From contig JARDVH010000115.1 of assembly GCA_030324005.1 (NCBI GenBank), positions 19,494,176-19,558,175 of the forward strand: 64,000 nt of DNA, read 5' to 3'. Below, piece after piece: positions 25,137 to 36,910 of this stretch. Position 1 is the first letter of the stretch, and every line of letters starts with the position of its first letter. Below the pieces are notes generated by a model. That model made no database searches and was not told where the DNA came from. It saw only the letters and a list, made by a program, of their open reading frames with translations. Origin of the DNA: Negaprion brevirostris (lineage: Eukaryota). The position numbers and the translations under genes were made by a program.

Positions 25137-27048
25137 AAATTTTAATAAGGACAAACTGTTCTTTATTGGGAACTGCAAAAGAAACAGCTTAGGGGAGAAA
25201 ACAAAATTATACAACGCTTGAAGTATCACAGCAGAGCAAATGTGGGTCTCTACAGATTGAGCATATAAGTATTGATGAATAGCATTCTAATCAATTTCCA
25301 AACATATTGGTCAATTTCTCTAATGCCCTTTGTGGCATATATAGAAAGAACATTATAACTATGTATAAGCAAACAAGGCATTTTACACAAGTTCTTTACT
25401 AAAATGAGAACCATTATCAATGTTGAAGGGATGTTACATTAATGAGTACTCCATGGAATAATAGTAAGTTATGAACACATTCACAGTGTAAAGTTTGATT
25501 GGAAATGCTTTTGAAAGCAAGGGAGTGCAACAAAAATAAAATTAATTATTACTCTAATATCAGTATTGCTATCAATCTAAATCTTATTGAAAGCTTCTTT
25601 CTCTACAAATGTCTCCAAAACAACCTGGAGCAAAGACACTGCCCAACTTGTTCCTGCACTTTCCTAGTGCATTGAAGCCAATGGGCCACCAGAGTTGACT
25701 AACTCAACAGTTATTGAACCTGGCGTTCTCATGCTCAGTAGGACTCAACGCTGGACCATCAACTGTCAACTTAAAACTCCGCAGTTACTACAAATTATGT
25801 AACAACTTTTCATTTGATTCACTGATTTGGTACCAAACTAAACAGGAAAACTGACACTTCATCCTTTACAACAAATTTGGCTGCTGTTGCTTACACACTG
25901 AATTGTGGATCTCCAGCAACACACTGTCATTTCTTGTTGAAAAAACATATAAGAGATGAACGATAAAAGCAATGACTGGGTTAGGAAGAGAAATAAATGG
26001 AAACGGCTGTGAAAACAAAACAACTCTAATTTGTGCCACACTATTTATGCTATCTTATAAAATATGCTTTTATCTTCTGATATAGAATTACATATTCTTT
26101 ATTCCACAAAATATGTATCTAGTTTCATGATCGGCATGATAATTTACAGGAAAGTATATACAGTCTACTAGATACTGAAAAGATCAGTTTCTATTCTATT
26201 TTTAATAATGTTGACATTGATCTGAAGGGATTATTTACATCCACAGCCTAGTGGAATACCAGTAGTTAAACTGGTAAATGGATTTTCTTTCAGTATTATT
26301 GCAAAGTATGTCCTCAATATAAATTTTTCGCATACTTGATTTCTTTTCGGAGTTAGCACATTCCCAAAGACAGAATTAGGACACTAATTAGATTTTTTGG
26401 TGTACAGAGAAAAATACAGTTTCAGCAAATGTCAAGACCAAAGAAACAACATGCTTTCCAGCACAGCTGCACATTTTCCAAATACAGAATGTACAGAAGA
26501 GCACAATATCAGAACTGACACTAAATTAAGTGGCAGCAATATAGGATAAAATGTTGATAGATAACGACAGAAGTGATTTGAACAAATAAAAAAGTTACAT
26601 AATTCAGTCAGAAATTATATTTTCAACAACAAAATGGTTGTGAATAGGTATAAATGATACAACAGATTATATTGAAGCTGGTTAAAGCAACCCACAAGAA
26701 CACAAAAGCGTGTAAAATAACCAATTTAAAAGTAAATGTTTAGAAACAGATATGCTGTTTCATGACATCTCAAATTCAACACAACTGATGTACAAGATTG
26801 ATCATTCAATTATATTAAATTACAAAATACTGCCTCTAATAAAACCAAGTTCATTATTGTATTTATACACAGTATTTTTTTTAATAATCTCCTACAATGT
26901 TTGTAAAGAAGATAAAATGGTTATATATACAGACAGAGGCTGCTAGTTGCCAACATGCTAATGTTGCCTAATGTTTTATCAGCATAAGAGAGTTGAATAA
27001 AAGATGTCTCTGCTTCAAGTCCAGTGTACATAATACAAGGAAGAAAAC

Positions 27049-27249
27049 TTAAAGAGGATAAAATTGAGATGCAGCTTCTGATGACTGTATTTCCACCTGA
27101 GCCATTTTAAACTGAGTACATTGCAGCCATTTACGGAGCACTGATGAACTTGTGCTCATCTGCCCAGATGCCTGGAACGACTGCAAGACATGATGGTTGA
27201 CATTGTTCTGGATTGACTGTAGACGCAGCTGTAGACCAGCAGATAGATG
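27049..27249 (-). CDS. UNC79: UNC79 last coding exon (HLSAGLQLRLQSIQNN...KWLQCTQFKMAQVEIQSSEAASQFYPL*)
   Basis: caacag acceptor; 201 nt including TAA; the C-terminus matches UNC79 as I recall it. Confidence 0.96.
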   Translation of the reverse strand, partial: HLSAGLQLRLQSIQNNVNHHVLQSFQASGQMSTSSSVLRKWLQCTQFKMAQVEIQSSEAASQFYPL

Positions 27250-27356
27250 CTGTTGGGTTTGAGCCAGGTGGAAAATTGGAAGTGAATCAGTCATAATAAT
27301 TATGATGAAAAAATGTGGAACCACACTAACTTTTGGTGGCAAACAATGACACTTAC

Positions 27357-27398
27357 CTTTAAATTTGACTGAATCATTGGTAACCACATTGGTATCAG
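27357..27398 (-). CDS. UNC79: UNC79 penultimate exon (LIPMWLPMIQSNLK)
   Basis: ttctttaaacag acceptor, gtaagt donor; 42 nt, phase 0. Confidence 0.95.
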
Positions 27399-28859
27399 CT
27401 GTTTAAAGAAGAAAAATGTTACAAATTGCAATTGCTTTTTACAGTTAAACAGAAGATCTTAAAATTGTCATTGAACATTCATTTTCTCCTGTACTCACTG
27501 CGACATTAATCCATAAATGATGCTGATAGATTATGAACTGTGATCTGTTACTAGCACCTTAAGACTCTGTGGATTTTAAGATGTGAGTTGGTTGGAATAA
27601 TTCAACATTGAAGGTCTGTATAGTGTGACGGTACTTTACATTAGGGCTTCTATCTCCTTTCTCAGTCAGCTGTCAGATAATGGTTTAAGTAAACAATTTT
27701 CATCTTAATCATACCATCGCTAGCAGGTGACATGCAAACTCATTGGGCTGCATTTCACAGCCCTCCGCCAGGCATGTGGGGGAGCAGAAACATGAGGGTT
27801 GTCCAGCCCATCGCCTTCCTGCCCACCCCGAGCTATCCCCCATAATACGTTTTGTGGATGGGCAAAAGAACCTGCAATCCACTCACTATATTTAAATGTA
27901 GGTCAACTGAGCTTGTTGCCAAGCCAAGTGATTATTATATTATGCTGTCCATGCCATAATACAGAAAGCTTGGGTGTGCAGGTGGGAGTCAGCAGGTCAT
28001 CTCTGAAGATGAAAAATTGGAAGAAGGAAGCGTGGGCAGACCATTTGAATGGTGCCCTGTGCACATCAGGTCACACTGCCATGATGCCACCCCCACTTCA
28101 TTTCTCCATGCCCGCTGTCCAAAACCCAGCTTCCCCACCTGGGTTCTCAGGTTTCTCCCCACCCTTAAAGCCTAGGGTTTACTTGTCTCCAGCAGCCACC
28201 ACTTTTCTTCCTGCTCTTCCTAACAGTCCCAGCAGAACCCTGACGCTGCTGGGAGGTTGGGATTCCTTTCTTCTGAGGGACAAAATCCCACTCTCACCTA
28301 ATTTAGCTGGCATCTCTTTATGGCTGTGGGTGAGTGTCTTCCAGATGTATCAGTGGCAAGCCCACTTTCCTTTCAAGGGTGAGCAGTCCATTTTCTTTCC
28401 TCACTTACCACCTTCCCCCTCAACTTCACATCTTAGTTAAATTCAACCCATGGTGTTTTTGTGCAAAATGAAGAGATAAAATGGGGAGACCTTGCACATC
28501 TCCCAACATCCATTCATTCTGTGTGATTTATGGAGGTCTCGGAGCAGCGACATGAAGACTTAAGTACTGCTGGAGTTGAATATTGAAACACAGAACTGTG
28601 CAGTTTATTTTTCCTATCCTGCCCAAAACAACAGTCTCAGCTCCTTCAATTTCCAGTATTAAGGCAAATTACTGAGTTAATCAGCACAAGTCACATTTCT
28701 ATAGTGACAGAACAGAGGTATGCTTAGTTTCTAGAGGAACTCAACTCATCCCATAGATCAATGAGATTATATATCCTGATACTGCAACCATAACATACAT
28801 TGGTAAGAAATTTTAAATTTCGTCATCAAACAAGGCTTGCCATAATTTTCCATGTGGCT

Positions 28860-29250
28860 GTCAGTCTTAGCTTGGCTCACTCAATAGCACTTCCACCTCC
28901 AAGTCAGGAGGTTATGGCTTTAATCCCCAAGACCTGACACTTCACTGCAATGCTGAGTGAGTGTTACATTATCACAGGAGCTGCCCCTCAGATGAAATGT
29001 TAACTGAGACCTTAACTTCCTGCTCAGATAAATGTACAAGATCCCAAAGCATGATTCAAAATGGTTCGGGGAGTTTTCTTGGTGTTACAGCCTGTGCAAA
29101 AATATAGATTAACTTGGTTATTGACTCATTGTTCTATGAGACCTTACTGAGCCCAAATTGGCCACCCCCGAACGCTCTTCAAAAATAACCTGATGGCTGC
29201 GAAGCATTTTCAGTGGCATGAAGATGGGATAGGACTTGAACTAAATCAAC
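28860..29250 (+). mobile_element. Old Deu-domain SINE (SacSINE1/AmnSINE1-like); related copies at ~36985-37170 and ~45130-45460
   Basis: Degenerate gtgctgcactgtcggaggtgc...gatgagacgttaaac-type core. Confidence 0.55.
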
Positions 29251-30429
29251 TTTGTTCCTTCATATTACACTTTGAATTAACTGCCCACAGACTTGCTGAG
29301 AAATGATACAATGGTTATGCCCGAATACATACGAGGCTATAGGAAGATAAATGTGCCAGCTATGTTTTATTTTTTGCTCTTTTCCACTAGGGTTGAACAA
29401 CTTCGCCAAAATGAACTCCACCTTCAATGACACAAAGCCTGACAGGATGCCTGATTTATGAACAAAAGTGCAATTATTCTGCACTACCTACATTATGGGC
29501 CCAAGGTTATCTGGTGCTGTGGATCAAGTTGTCACTTTACTAATATACAGGGTTGCTTGAATGTTATTTAATCGTGAAAACATTGAAAATGAAATTGACA
29601 CTAGGCATTACAGGTTACCAAGCAAAACAAAATAAGCAACAATTACATAATACCATATCCATCAATATTAAACTGAAGTGTATTAAAGTTGATATAATGT
29701 ATTTAATTGTAAGTCATTAACTGGATTCATATCAAGCCATAATTTGCCATTTCAAGAAAGAGTAATGCTGTATTCCATCTAACTAGGGCATAATGGAAGA
29801 CTAGACACTTCAAATTATTTTGTTAAAATGATAAGAACTGCATGCACAGTATACTTTGTGATAGAAAAGGCAATGAGTATCTTTCATCCCTGTTCAATAT
29901 TTGAGTCATTGCAGTAAATTACAAACATACGTACTTTTTAACTATAAAACTGGTGTTCATTTTTAGAATATAACTATCATCAACAATTATATTTTCACAA
30001 TTTGTGTTTGGATGATATATATTTTCCAAGTCAGTAGCTTTATGTAACTAAACATGGGGTTGGATTTTTGTGGAGGAGGTTGATAGTTTGTGTCAGGAAA
30101 CTTCCAGACCTGGCAGATTGATCTTTAAAACGGCCCCACCAACCTCTCCTATATTTTCATTCCAGGGACAGAATGGAAACAATTTGGAGGTGGGCATGGA
30201 GGCAGGTAATTGAAGGCTTTGGCCCAATTGAATTAAAGGTCCCTTGGTCCATTAGCCCTCACCTCCATAACCACTTCCCCACCATCTCCATGCCCTCATA
30301 CCATATTTCCCCAACCTCCTCCATGCCCCGCATGAATCTTCCACAATCACTCACTCAGTATCCATGATAGGCAGAGCTCTGGGGCAATATGGAAATGAAA
30401 ATAAAAACACACCTATAACTTCAAACTTC

Positions 30430-31040
30430 AAAATTCTAGAGGTTACCATGGACTGGAAACTTAACTGTACTGGCCATACAAATACCGTAGCTACAAAAGC
30501 AGGCCAAAGGACAGGAATTCTGCAGTAACAACTTACCTCCTGACTCCCTAAAGCCTGTCCATAATATGCAAGGCACAAGTCAGGAGTGTGGTGGAATATT
30601 CTCCTTTTGTCTGGATGAGTGCAGCCTCAACAACACTCAAGAAGCTTGACATTATCCAGGTCTTGTTTGGCACCCTATCCACCACCTTCAACATTCACTG
30701 GCTCCATCACTGATGCACAATGGCAGCATGAGTACCATCTACAAGATGTGTTGCAGGAACTCACTTAGGCAGCATCTTCCAAACCTACCACTATCACCTA
30801 GAGGACAAGAGCAGCAGATACATGCGAAAACCACACCTGGACATTCTTCTCCAAGACACTGATCATCCTGACTTAGAACTATATCGTTGTTCCTGCACTA
30901 TTGCTAGGTCAAAATTTTGGAACTCCCTCCCCAGTAATGCTGAGAGTGTACCTTCACCACATGGACAGCAACAGGGAAGGCAGTTACCATTGACTTCTAG
31001 AGGGAAATTAGGAATGGGCAATAAATGCTGGCCTAACCAG
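30430..31040 (+). mobile_element. LINE 3' fragment (CR1/L2-group family); opposite-strand copies at ~37425-38070 and ~60955-61230
   Basis: ILEVTMDWKLNCTGHTNTVATKAGQR-type RT tail peptide. Confidence 0.65.
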
Positions 31041-32099
31041 TGAATTTTAAAAAGATCCAATAGGGCTCTTAATCAAATACACCTGATATTGAAAAAACCC
31101 AAATCATGAAACACATCCAAATATGTAGATCCCCTCATTGGCAAACATCTATTTCATTAACCGTACTAAAGATAACTAATACTTAAATAACCTCTTAAAG
31201 TGGTCAATCGAAATATCTACACAGCACCCTGCTGAAATAGATGGTTCTGGATCTTTAAAAATTCAGCCAAGCAGTCANNNNNNNNNNNNNNNNNNNNNNN
31301 NNNNNNNNNNNNNNNNNNNNNNNNNNNNNNNNNNNNNNNNNNNNNNNNNNNNNNNNNNNNNNNNNNNNNNNNNNNNNCATAAGGGGCTCACCTATAATAA
31401 CAAACATTGGGAAATCTAAACACTGGAGTCCATTGAAATTGCAAAAACAGATTGTTAATGATTTTTTTCTAAGCTATATCAGATGTCCTGTCAATCAACG
31501 GACTCCAGAAGCATGCGTCACCTTTAACTCTAACAAAAAGCTTCAAATGGTCTTTTTTTCAATTTTAAAAGGCTGGGGATTTCAATTCCTTCAATTTATG
31601 GCACTTAAACAAACCTTAAATCCCCTTTTCACATTGGGTTAAAGCTGTTGGAATAGCAACATTTGGGTATGCTTGTACTCAGATGTTAAATCAAATGGTC
31701 CTGGTGGGTTAGAAGCGATTATACCCTGCCCCCTTCCCCCTGCTGGCAAAAATTGGAGCAGCTAAAATTGGAGGCAAAACTTCCAATCTGGGTTTCATAC
31801 TGCTACTTTTTAAAGATCTCCTAAGTCATTACAACTCAGTGAAAATCCAAACTGATCCAATCTAAATCCAATGTTTTAAGTAATATTAGGTTTGTACTAT
31901 GATGATTAAAAGTGTTTTCCATTTGTTTTCAAAATTAGTGTAACTTAAACAGACTCTGATTAGGAAAATTAACTGACATCCTAAAACTGTGTAATATGAA
32001 GCAAATCCATAACTCGTGCCAACGAGCTAGCAAGGGTATATAAATCTTGATTTAAAAAATCACGATCTCTCATTGTGGACATACTAAAAATATAATTAC

Positions 32100-32177
32100 C
32101 TTCACAAAGATAGTTGAATTGCATTCCTGTAGAGCCTCCATCAAGTTGATAACATGCAAGCAAACCATTTCTACCAT
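32100..32177 (-). CDS. UNC79: UNC79 exon (MVEMVCLHVINLMEALQECNSTIFVK)
   Basis: ttgttacag acceptor, gtaatt donor; 78 nt, phase 0. Confidence 0.95.
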
Positions 32178-33226
32178 CTGTAACAAAGTAAAGGAACCTT
32201 CATTTGAAAAATATGCTTGAATAAAAGCTAATATGTCTTAAAGGTTAGTTTTGAGAACATTATGCAACACATTTGCACAAAAGCAAAATGCTGCAGAGGT
32301 TGGATTTCTGAAGTAAAAGCAGAAATACTGCTAATACTCAACAGGTCAGGCAGCATGTGTGGGGAGAGAAGTAGAGTGTACATTTTAGGTTTTATGAAAA
32401 TTCTTCAGTATTAACTCTTGTTTCTCTATTCACATATGCTATCTGACCTGACGAGTGTTTCTAGCATTTTGTTTTTATTCAACACATTAGATTGGATTTA
32501 TTATCTAGTCACTGACATACTCAAAGTAATCATGAAGTCATAGCTTGATTACAGCACAGAAAACGACGATTTGGATCGTTGTGTCAGTGCCAGCTCTTTG
32601 CAGTAGCACCTCAGCTAGTCCCACTCCCTTACCTTTAGCCCATCATAGCCCAGCAAATATTGTCTCTTCAGATAATTGTCCAACTCACTTTTGGAAAAAC
32701 CTGATTGAATCTGCCTCCAACATAATACTCGAACCACAGTGGGCAACAAATACTGGCCTTGTCAGTGTCACCCNNNNCCATGAAAAGATAACAAAAGGCA
32801 TGTCCTGACCACTTGCTACATGAAGAAAGATTTTCTGTACGCTGTCTTAGGTTCTTTTGCCATTCACTTGAAATTGGTGTCCCCAGTTTTTCAACCCTAT
32901 AGCCAATGGAAACAGTTGCTATCTACTTTGACTACTCTTCATGATTTTGAACAACTCTTCTCTCAACGTTCTCTTCTCTAAGGAGAACACTCCTAGATTC
33001 CCAAATCTATCCAAGTAACTGAGTCCCTTCATTCTCTTTGAACTTTTCTGCACCACTACAACGCTTTCACATCTTTGCTAAATGATGGTGCCCTGAATGA
33101 AATACAGCACAACCAACCGAGGCCGAACCTGTGTCTTTATAAAGGTTTACCATAACATCCATGTTCTTTAGTGCTCGTGTAACCAGGAGAAAGGAGAATG
33201 AGTGAAAATATGGGATTGTTACTCAC

Positions 33227-33424
33227 CACTTTGTTATGGACCATCAGCTGTAAAATACTAGGTGTCACCCGACTCCAGAATTCAAGGGCAGTCAGAATAG
33301 CTGTGCAGACAAACTCATTCTGGTTCTGTAGTGATGGAGCAGAAGCTGCTTGTTCACAATACACGGTCCAAAGCTGGGCAAAGATGAATGCATGGAATAG
33401 GGAGCACATGTGCAACACAGATGT
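33227..33424 (-). CDS. UNC79: UNC79 exon (TSVLHMCSLFHAFIFAQLWTVYCEQ...FWSRVTPSILQLMVHNKV)
   Basis: gttttgcag acceptor, gtgagt donor; 198 nt; conserved UNC79 C-terminal motif. Confidence 0.96.
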
Positions 33425-33882
33425 CTGCAAAACAGAAAGCAAAAACCATTGGTTTATTGTAGTTAAATCATCTTACACATGACTGGTGTTAAACAGATAC
33501 TTGAAATTCTGGATTACTATGTTCTTTTAAGCAGCATATACTTGCAGTGCAGAGGTTAAATACAATTGAATAAAAATGTTTAAAATTAGAATTTCAAAAA
33601 TTTATCCCATGTTATAAACATTTACACAAACACAAAAGACTGATGGAATAATTAATTAACGCATCAGAAATTTAACATAGGCAGCAAAAGATTGTGATGT
33701 AATAGCATAAACATTTTATATATTGCATCCAGAAAATGAACTGTGTTTGAAGCAATCATCAGCACTTGGTCAGCAAGCTGGTGAAACAAACTGCCCACAA
33801 AATGAAATCCTGGTGGGTTCCCTCACGGAGAGGCAAAGATTTAAGAAAAGACTGAATACAACAACTGAAACTGCAGATAAGA

Positions 33883-34200
33883 TGGGCAGCATGGTGGCAA
33901 AGTGATTAGCACTGCTGCCTCACAGCGTCAGGGACCCGGGTTCAATTCCTTGGGTCACTATCTGTGTGGAGTCTGCACGTTCTCCCTGTGTCTGCATGGG
34001 TCTCCTCCAGGTGCTCCGGTTTCCTCCCACAGTCCAAGGATGTGCGGGTTAGATTGATTGGCTATACTAACTTGCCCCTAGTGTCAGGGGGATTAGCAGG
34101 GTAAATATATGGAGTTCTGGGAATAGCGCCCAAGTGGAATTGTGATCAGTGCAGACTTGATGGGCCGAATGGTGACCTTCTACGCTGTAGGGAATCTATG
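33883..34200 (+). mobile_element. HE1/V-SINE (UNC79 intron)
   Basis: Full-length match to the other copies. Confidence 0.88.
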
Positions 34201-34835
34201 AAAATAGTGACTAGCAGTGACAGGCTTTGCATGATTGGAGATAAAATTATCGTAATGTCTTACAGCTACAAAACTTTCCTAAAACTAATGAGAGATAATC
34301 TTTAATTAAATCTACAGTAACATTATTCCAATAATTAATTTCAGCATAACAGTTCATAACAACAACATTTAGATCTGCTGGGCAAACAAAATCAAACCTA
34401 AAATAAAATAAATTTGCCTCACGAAATGTTAAAAACAATGTGTATATTTATAAATACAAACACACAGTGGGGTGGTGTCCTCCTGAACCTCAGAACTTTA
34501 CCATAATTTATCCAGCACGCCACAGATAATTAGGTTCCAGATACAATGAAGTGGTTTGGTCTAGCTACCATGGGAGGAAACCTTTTACAGGTCTTCCTAT
34601 TCTCTGATCATTTATTCAACAGGAGACCAGCAGAAACACTGAAGAAATGACATGGCCATTTTTTGCTATTTATACACTGTCTCTTGGGATTCCAGCAGTA
34701 AATCAGGAGAACTCCTGTGTACGTTAGATATTTTTATGCTGTCAAATAATGCAGAGCCTGCAGTTTAGAAACCATTGCATGGCATTCTCTGGATTCTCAG
34801 GGTTCAGATTCTAATTTGTTAAATGTTCACATTAC

Positions 34836-35019
34836 CTTGGATTGTTCAGGAAATCCAATCAAGATAACTATAAGGTGGTCTGCAATATGTGGACCAGCAT
34901 CCAAAGGAATAGGCATGCATGAAGTGGATCCTGAACACACAACACTATGTGTAAGAGCCCCCAGTAGCAACCATGACAAAAGACGAACATGGGAGACGCA
35001 CTCAATAAATTCTTTTGGG
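34836..35019 (-). CDS. UNC79: UNC79 exon (PKEFIECVSHVRLLSWLLLGALTH...LIVILIGFPEQSK)
   Basis: ttatag acceptor after pyrimidine tract, gtaatg donor; 184 nt, phase 2 to 0; within ORF 34827..35069. Confidence 0.95.
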
Positions 35020-35322
35020 CTATAACGTTTGGTGGAAGAGAAAAAGAAAAACAAATTACAATTAGACATTCAGAAATTGATTCATATTTATTAATAAATT
35101 CACTGTTTGCTTGTCATCATATGTCTTTCTAGATTTTGTTACTGGTTTACTGAAATGGAGTATTTCATTACGAGTTTAATTAACAAAGTCTGCATCAACA
35201 TAATGGACCAGAATTTTGTGATTGGAGTGATGGTGAAACTGTCTGCATTTGCCATTATTACACGATGAATACTGCAATTTCTAGCATCTGTACATGAATA
35301 GTTAGATGTGAAAATCTGCAAG

Positions 35323-36174
35323 TTGTTGTCAGTAATAAAAACAGAAATCGCTGGAAAGACTCAACAGGCCTAGCAATCTGTGGAGAGAAAAACAAGGTTC
35401 ACGTTTCAAGCCCAAATGGCTCTTCTTCAGAGCTAAAGCGGGGGGAATTGCGATGGATTCTCTGGTTGGAGAGGGTAGCAGAGAAGCTGGAGCAGAACAG
35501 AAGGTCAGGAATAGGTTGCTCAATGCAAACTGAGGAACAGCACCTCATCTTTCGATTAGGCATTTTACAGCCTTTAGGACGTTTGCATTAATTTCAAACC
35601 TGGATCTCTCTTTTCCATTTTGATTTTTTTTCTCCAACCCTTCCCCCAAAAGGGCATCTGTAATTTACTTTGCTTTCACAGAGTGCTGACACTTGTTCTG
35701 TTATTAACACATTCTGCACTTTACCTTTATGCCACTATCAACACATTCTTTACTCTTTAATACTCTCATCAACACTTGTTTTCTCTTGTGTGCATGAATC
35801 TTTACCAATCTCTCCTGAGCTTCCACTTATTCCTGATCTTCGATTCTGCTCCACCTTCTCCATCTATATAATCCATCACATTTTTATCCCTCTTCAGCTT
35901 AGAAGAGTAGTCAAAACATGGGGCAAGATTCTCCGGCCACCCAGCCATGTGTTTCTCAATGGTGGAAGGCAGGATGTCAATGGGATTTCCAGAAAACCCA
36001 TGGACAGGGGTGCACTCCTGGCAGGACCAGAGAATATTGGCAGCATGAACGACTAGAGAATTCCGAGAGTGAACGACAGGAAAATTCCGGCCATGAACTC
36101 TGTTTCTCTCTCCACAGATGTTGTTGGGCCTGCTGAATCTTTCCAGCATTCGCAGTATTTTGTTGTCAGTAATA
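35323..36174 (+). mobile_element. Penelope-like element remnant with inverted 5' terminus, GIY-YIG C-terminal remnant and 15-bp target-site duplication
   Basis: EQHLIFRLGILQP peptide near 35535; terminal repeats in opposite orientation; ttgttgtcagtaata at 35323-35337 and 36160-36174. Confidence 0.75.
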
Positions 36175-36591
36175 CTCTGCTTTCTGTACTGGGTGCACTG
36201 TTGCACACATCGCAGATGTAAAGAATACAAAATTTGTGATTTGGTCTGTACATTTTATATACATTCCCCACTGTAAACATTATTGAAAATGTTAAGCCTG
36301 TTCAAACAGGTGTAAGTGAATACTACATTATAATTACTGCTGAAAAACTTCACTGACCCTGAAAAAATAATTCTTAGTTTATTGTTTAGAAGTTTTTGTA
36401 ATATCGCAACCTTAATCCCAAATACATGTAGCAATCTGTATTCTGCTTGCTATAAAGTGATTAAAATTTGTGCTTTTTATATCCTGGTTTGTTGTTTGTG
36501 ATAACTCTTCAATCTGTTTGACTGATCGGCCGGCCTAATGCTGGCTAGCACATAGCCCCAAAAGATGGGGTCAAATTCAAAATCACAGGGG

Positions 36592-36910
36592 GGTACGGTG
36601 GCACAGTAGTTAGCACTGCTTCCTCACAGCACCAGGGATCCGGGTTCAATTCCAGCCTTGGGTCACTAACTGTGAGGAGTTTGCATATTCTCCCCATGTA
36701 TGGGTAGGTTTCTTCCGGGTGCTCTGGTTTCCTCCTGCAGTCCAAAGATGTTTGAGTTAGATGTATTAGCCATGCTAAATTGACCCTAGTATCGGGGGAT
36801 TAGCAGGGTAAACAGATGGGTTTACGGGAATAGGGCCTGGATGGGATTGTGGTCGGTGCAGACTCGATGGGCCAAATAACAACCTCCTGCACTGTAGAGA
36901 TTCTACGATT
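36592..36910 (+). mobile_element. HE1/V-SINE (UNC79 intron)
   Basis: Full-length match to the other copies. Confidence 0.88.

Larger units (their letters stand above)
700..25172 (-). pseudogene. Unannotated multi-exon locus for a putative secreted/surface protein, possibly mesothelin/otoancorin/stereocilin-superfamily-like, probably decayed
   Basis: Series of splice-flanked segments: 25076-25172, 24517-24567, 23594-23607, 18823-19500, 17044-17109, ~15474-15579, <=15353, 12886-13013, 10505-10697, 10239-10363, ~1870-2038, <=866. Several have stops or frameshifts. Family resemblance judged by eye only. Confidence 0.45.

Noticed and set aside
27135-27398. Phase-1 reading of the last two exons (DTNVVTNDSVKFK-ASICWST...ISAP*) as a GPI-type tail
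   Set aside because: The phase-0 reading gives the recognisable UNC79 C-terminus and fits the upstream exon phases
27799-28440. 213-aa plus-strand ORF
   Set aside because: Antisense in a UNC79 intron, non-ATG start, Pro/Ser-rich repeat-like sequence with no recognisable domain
29380-29451. Acceptor-like site and peptide GILSGFVSLK on minus strand
   Set aside because: UNC79 exons on either side join in frame without it; no convincing donor
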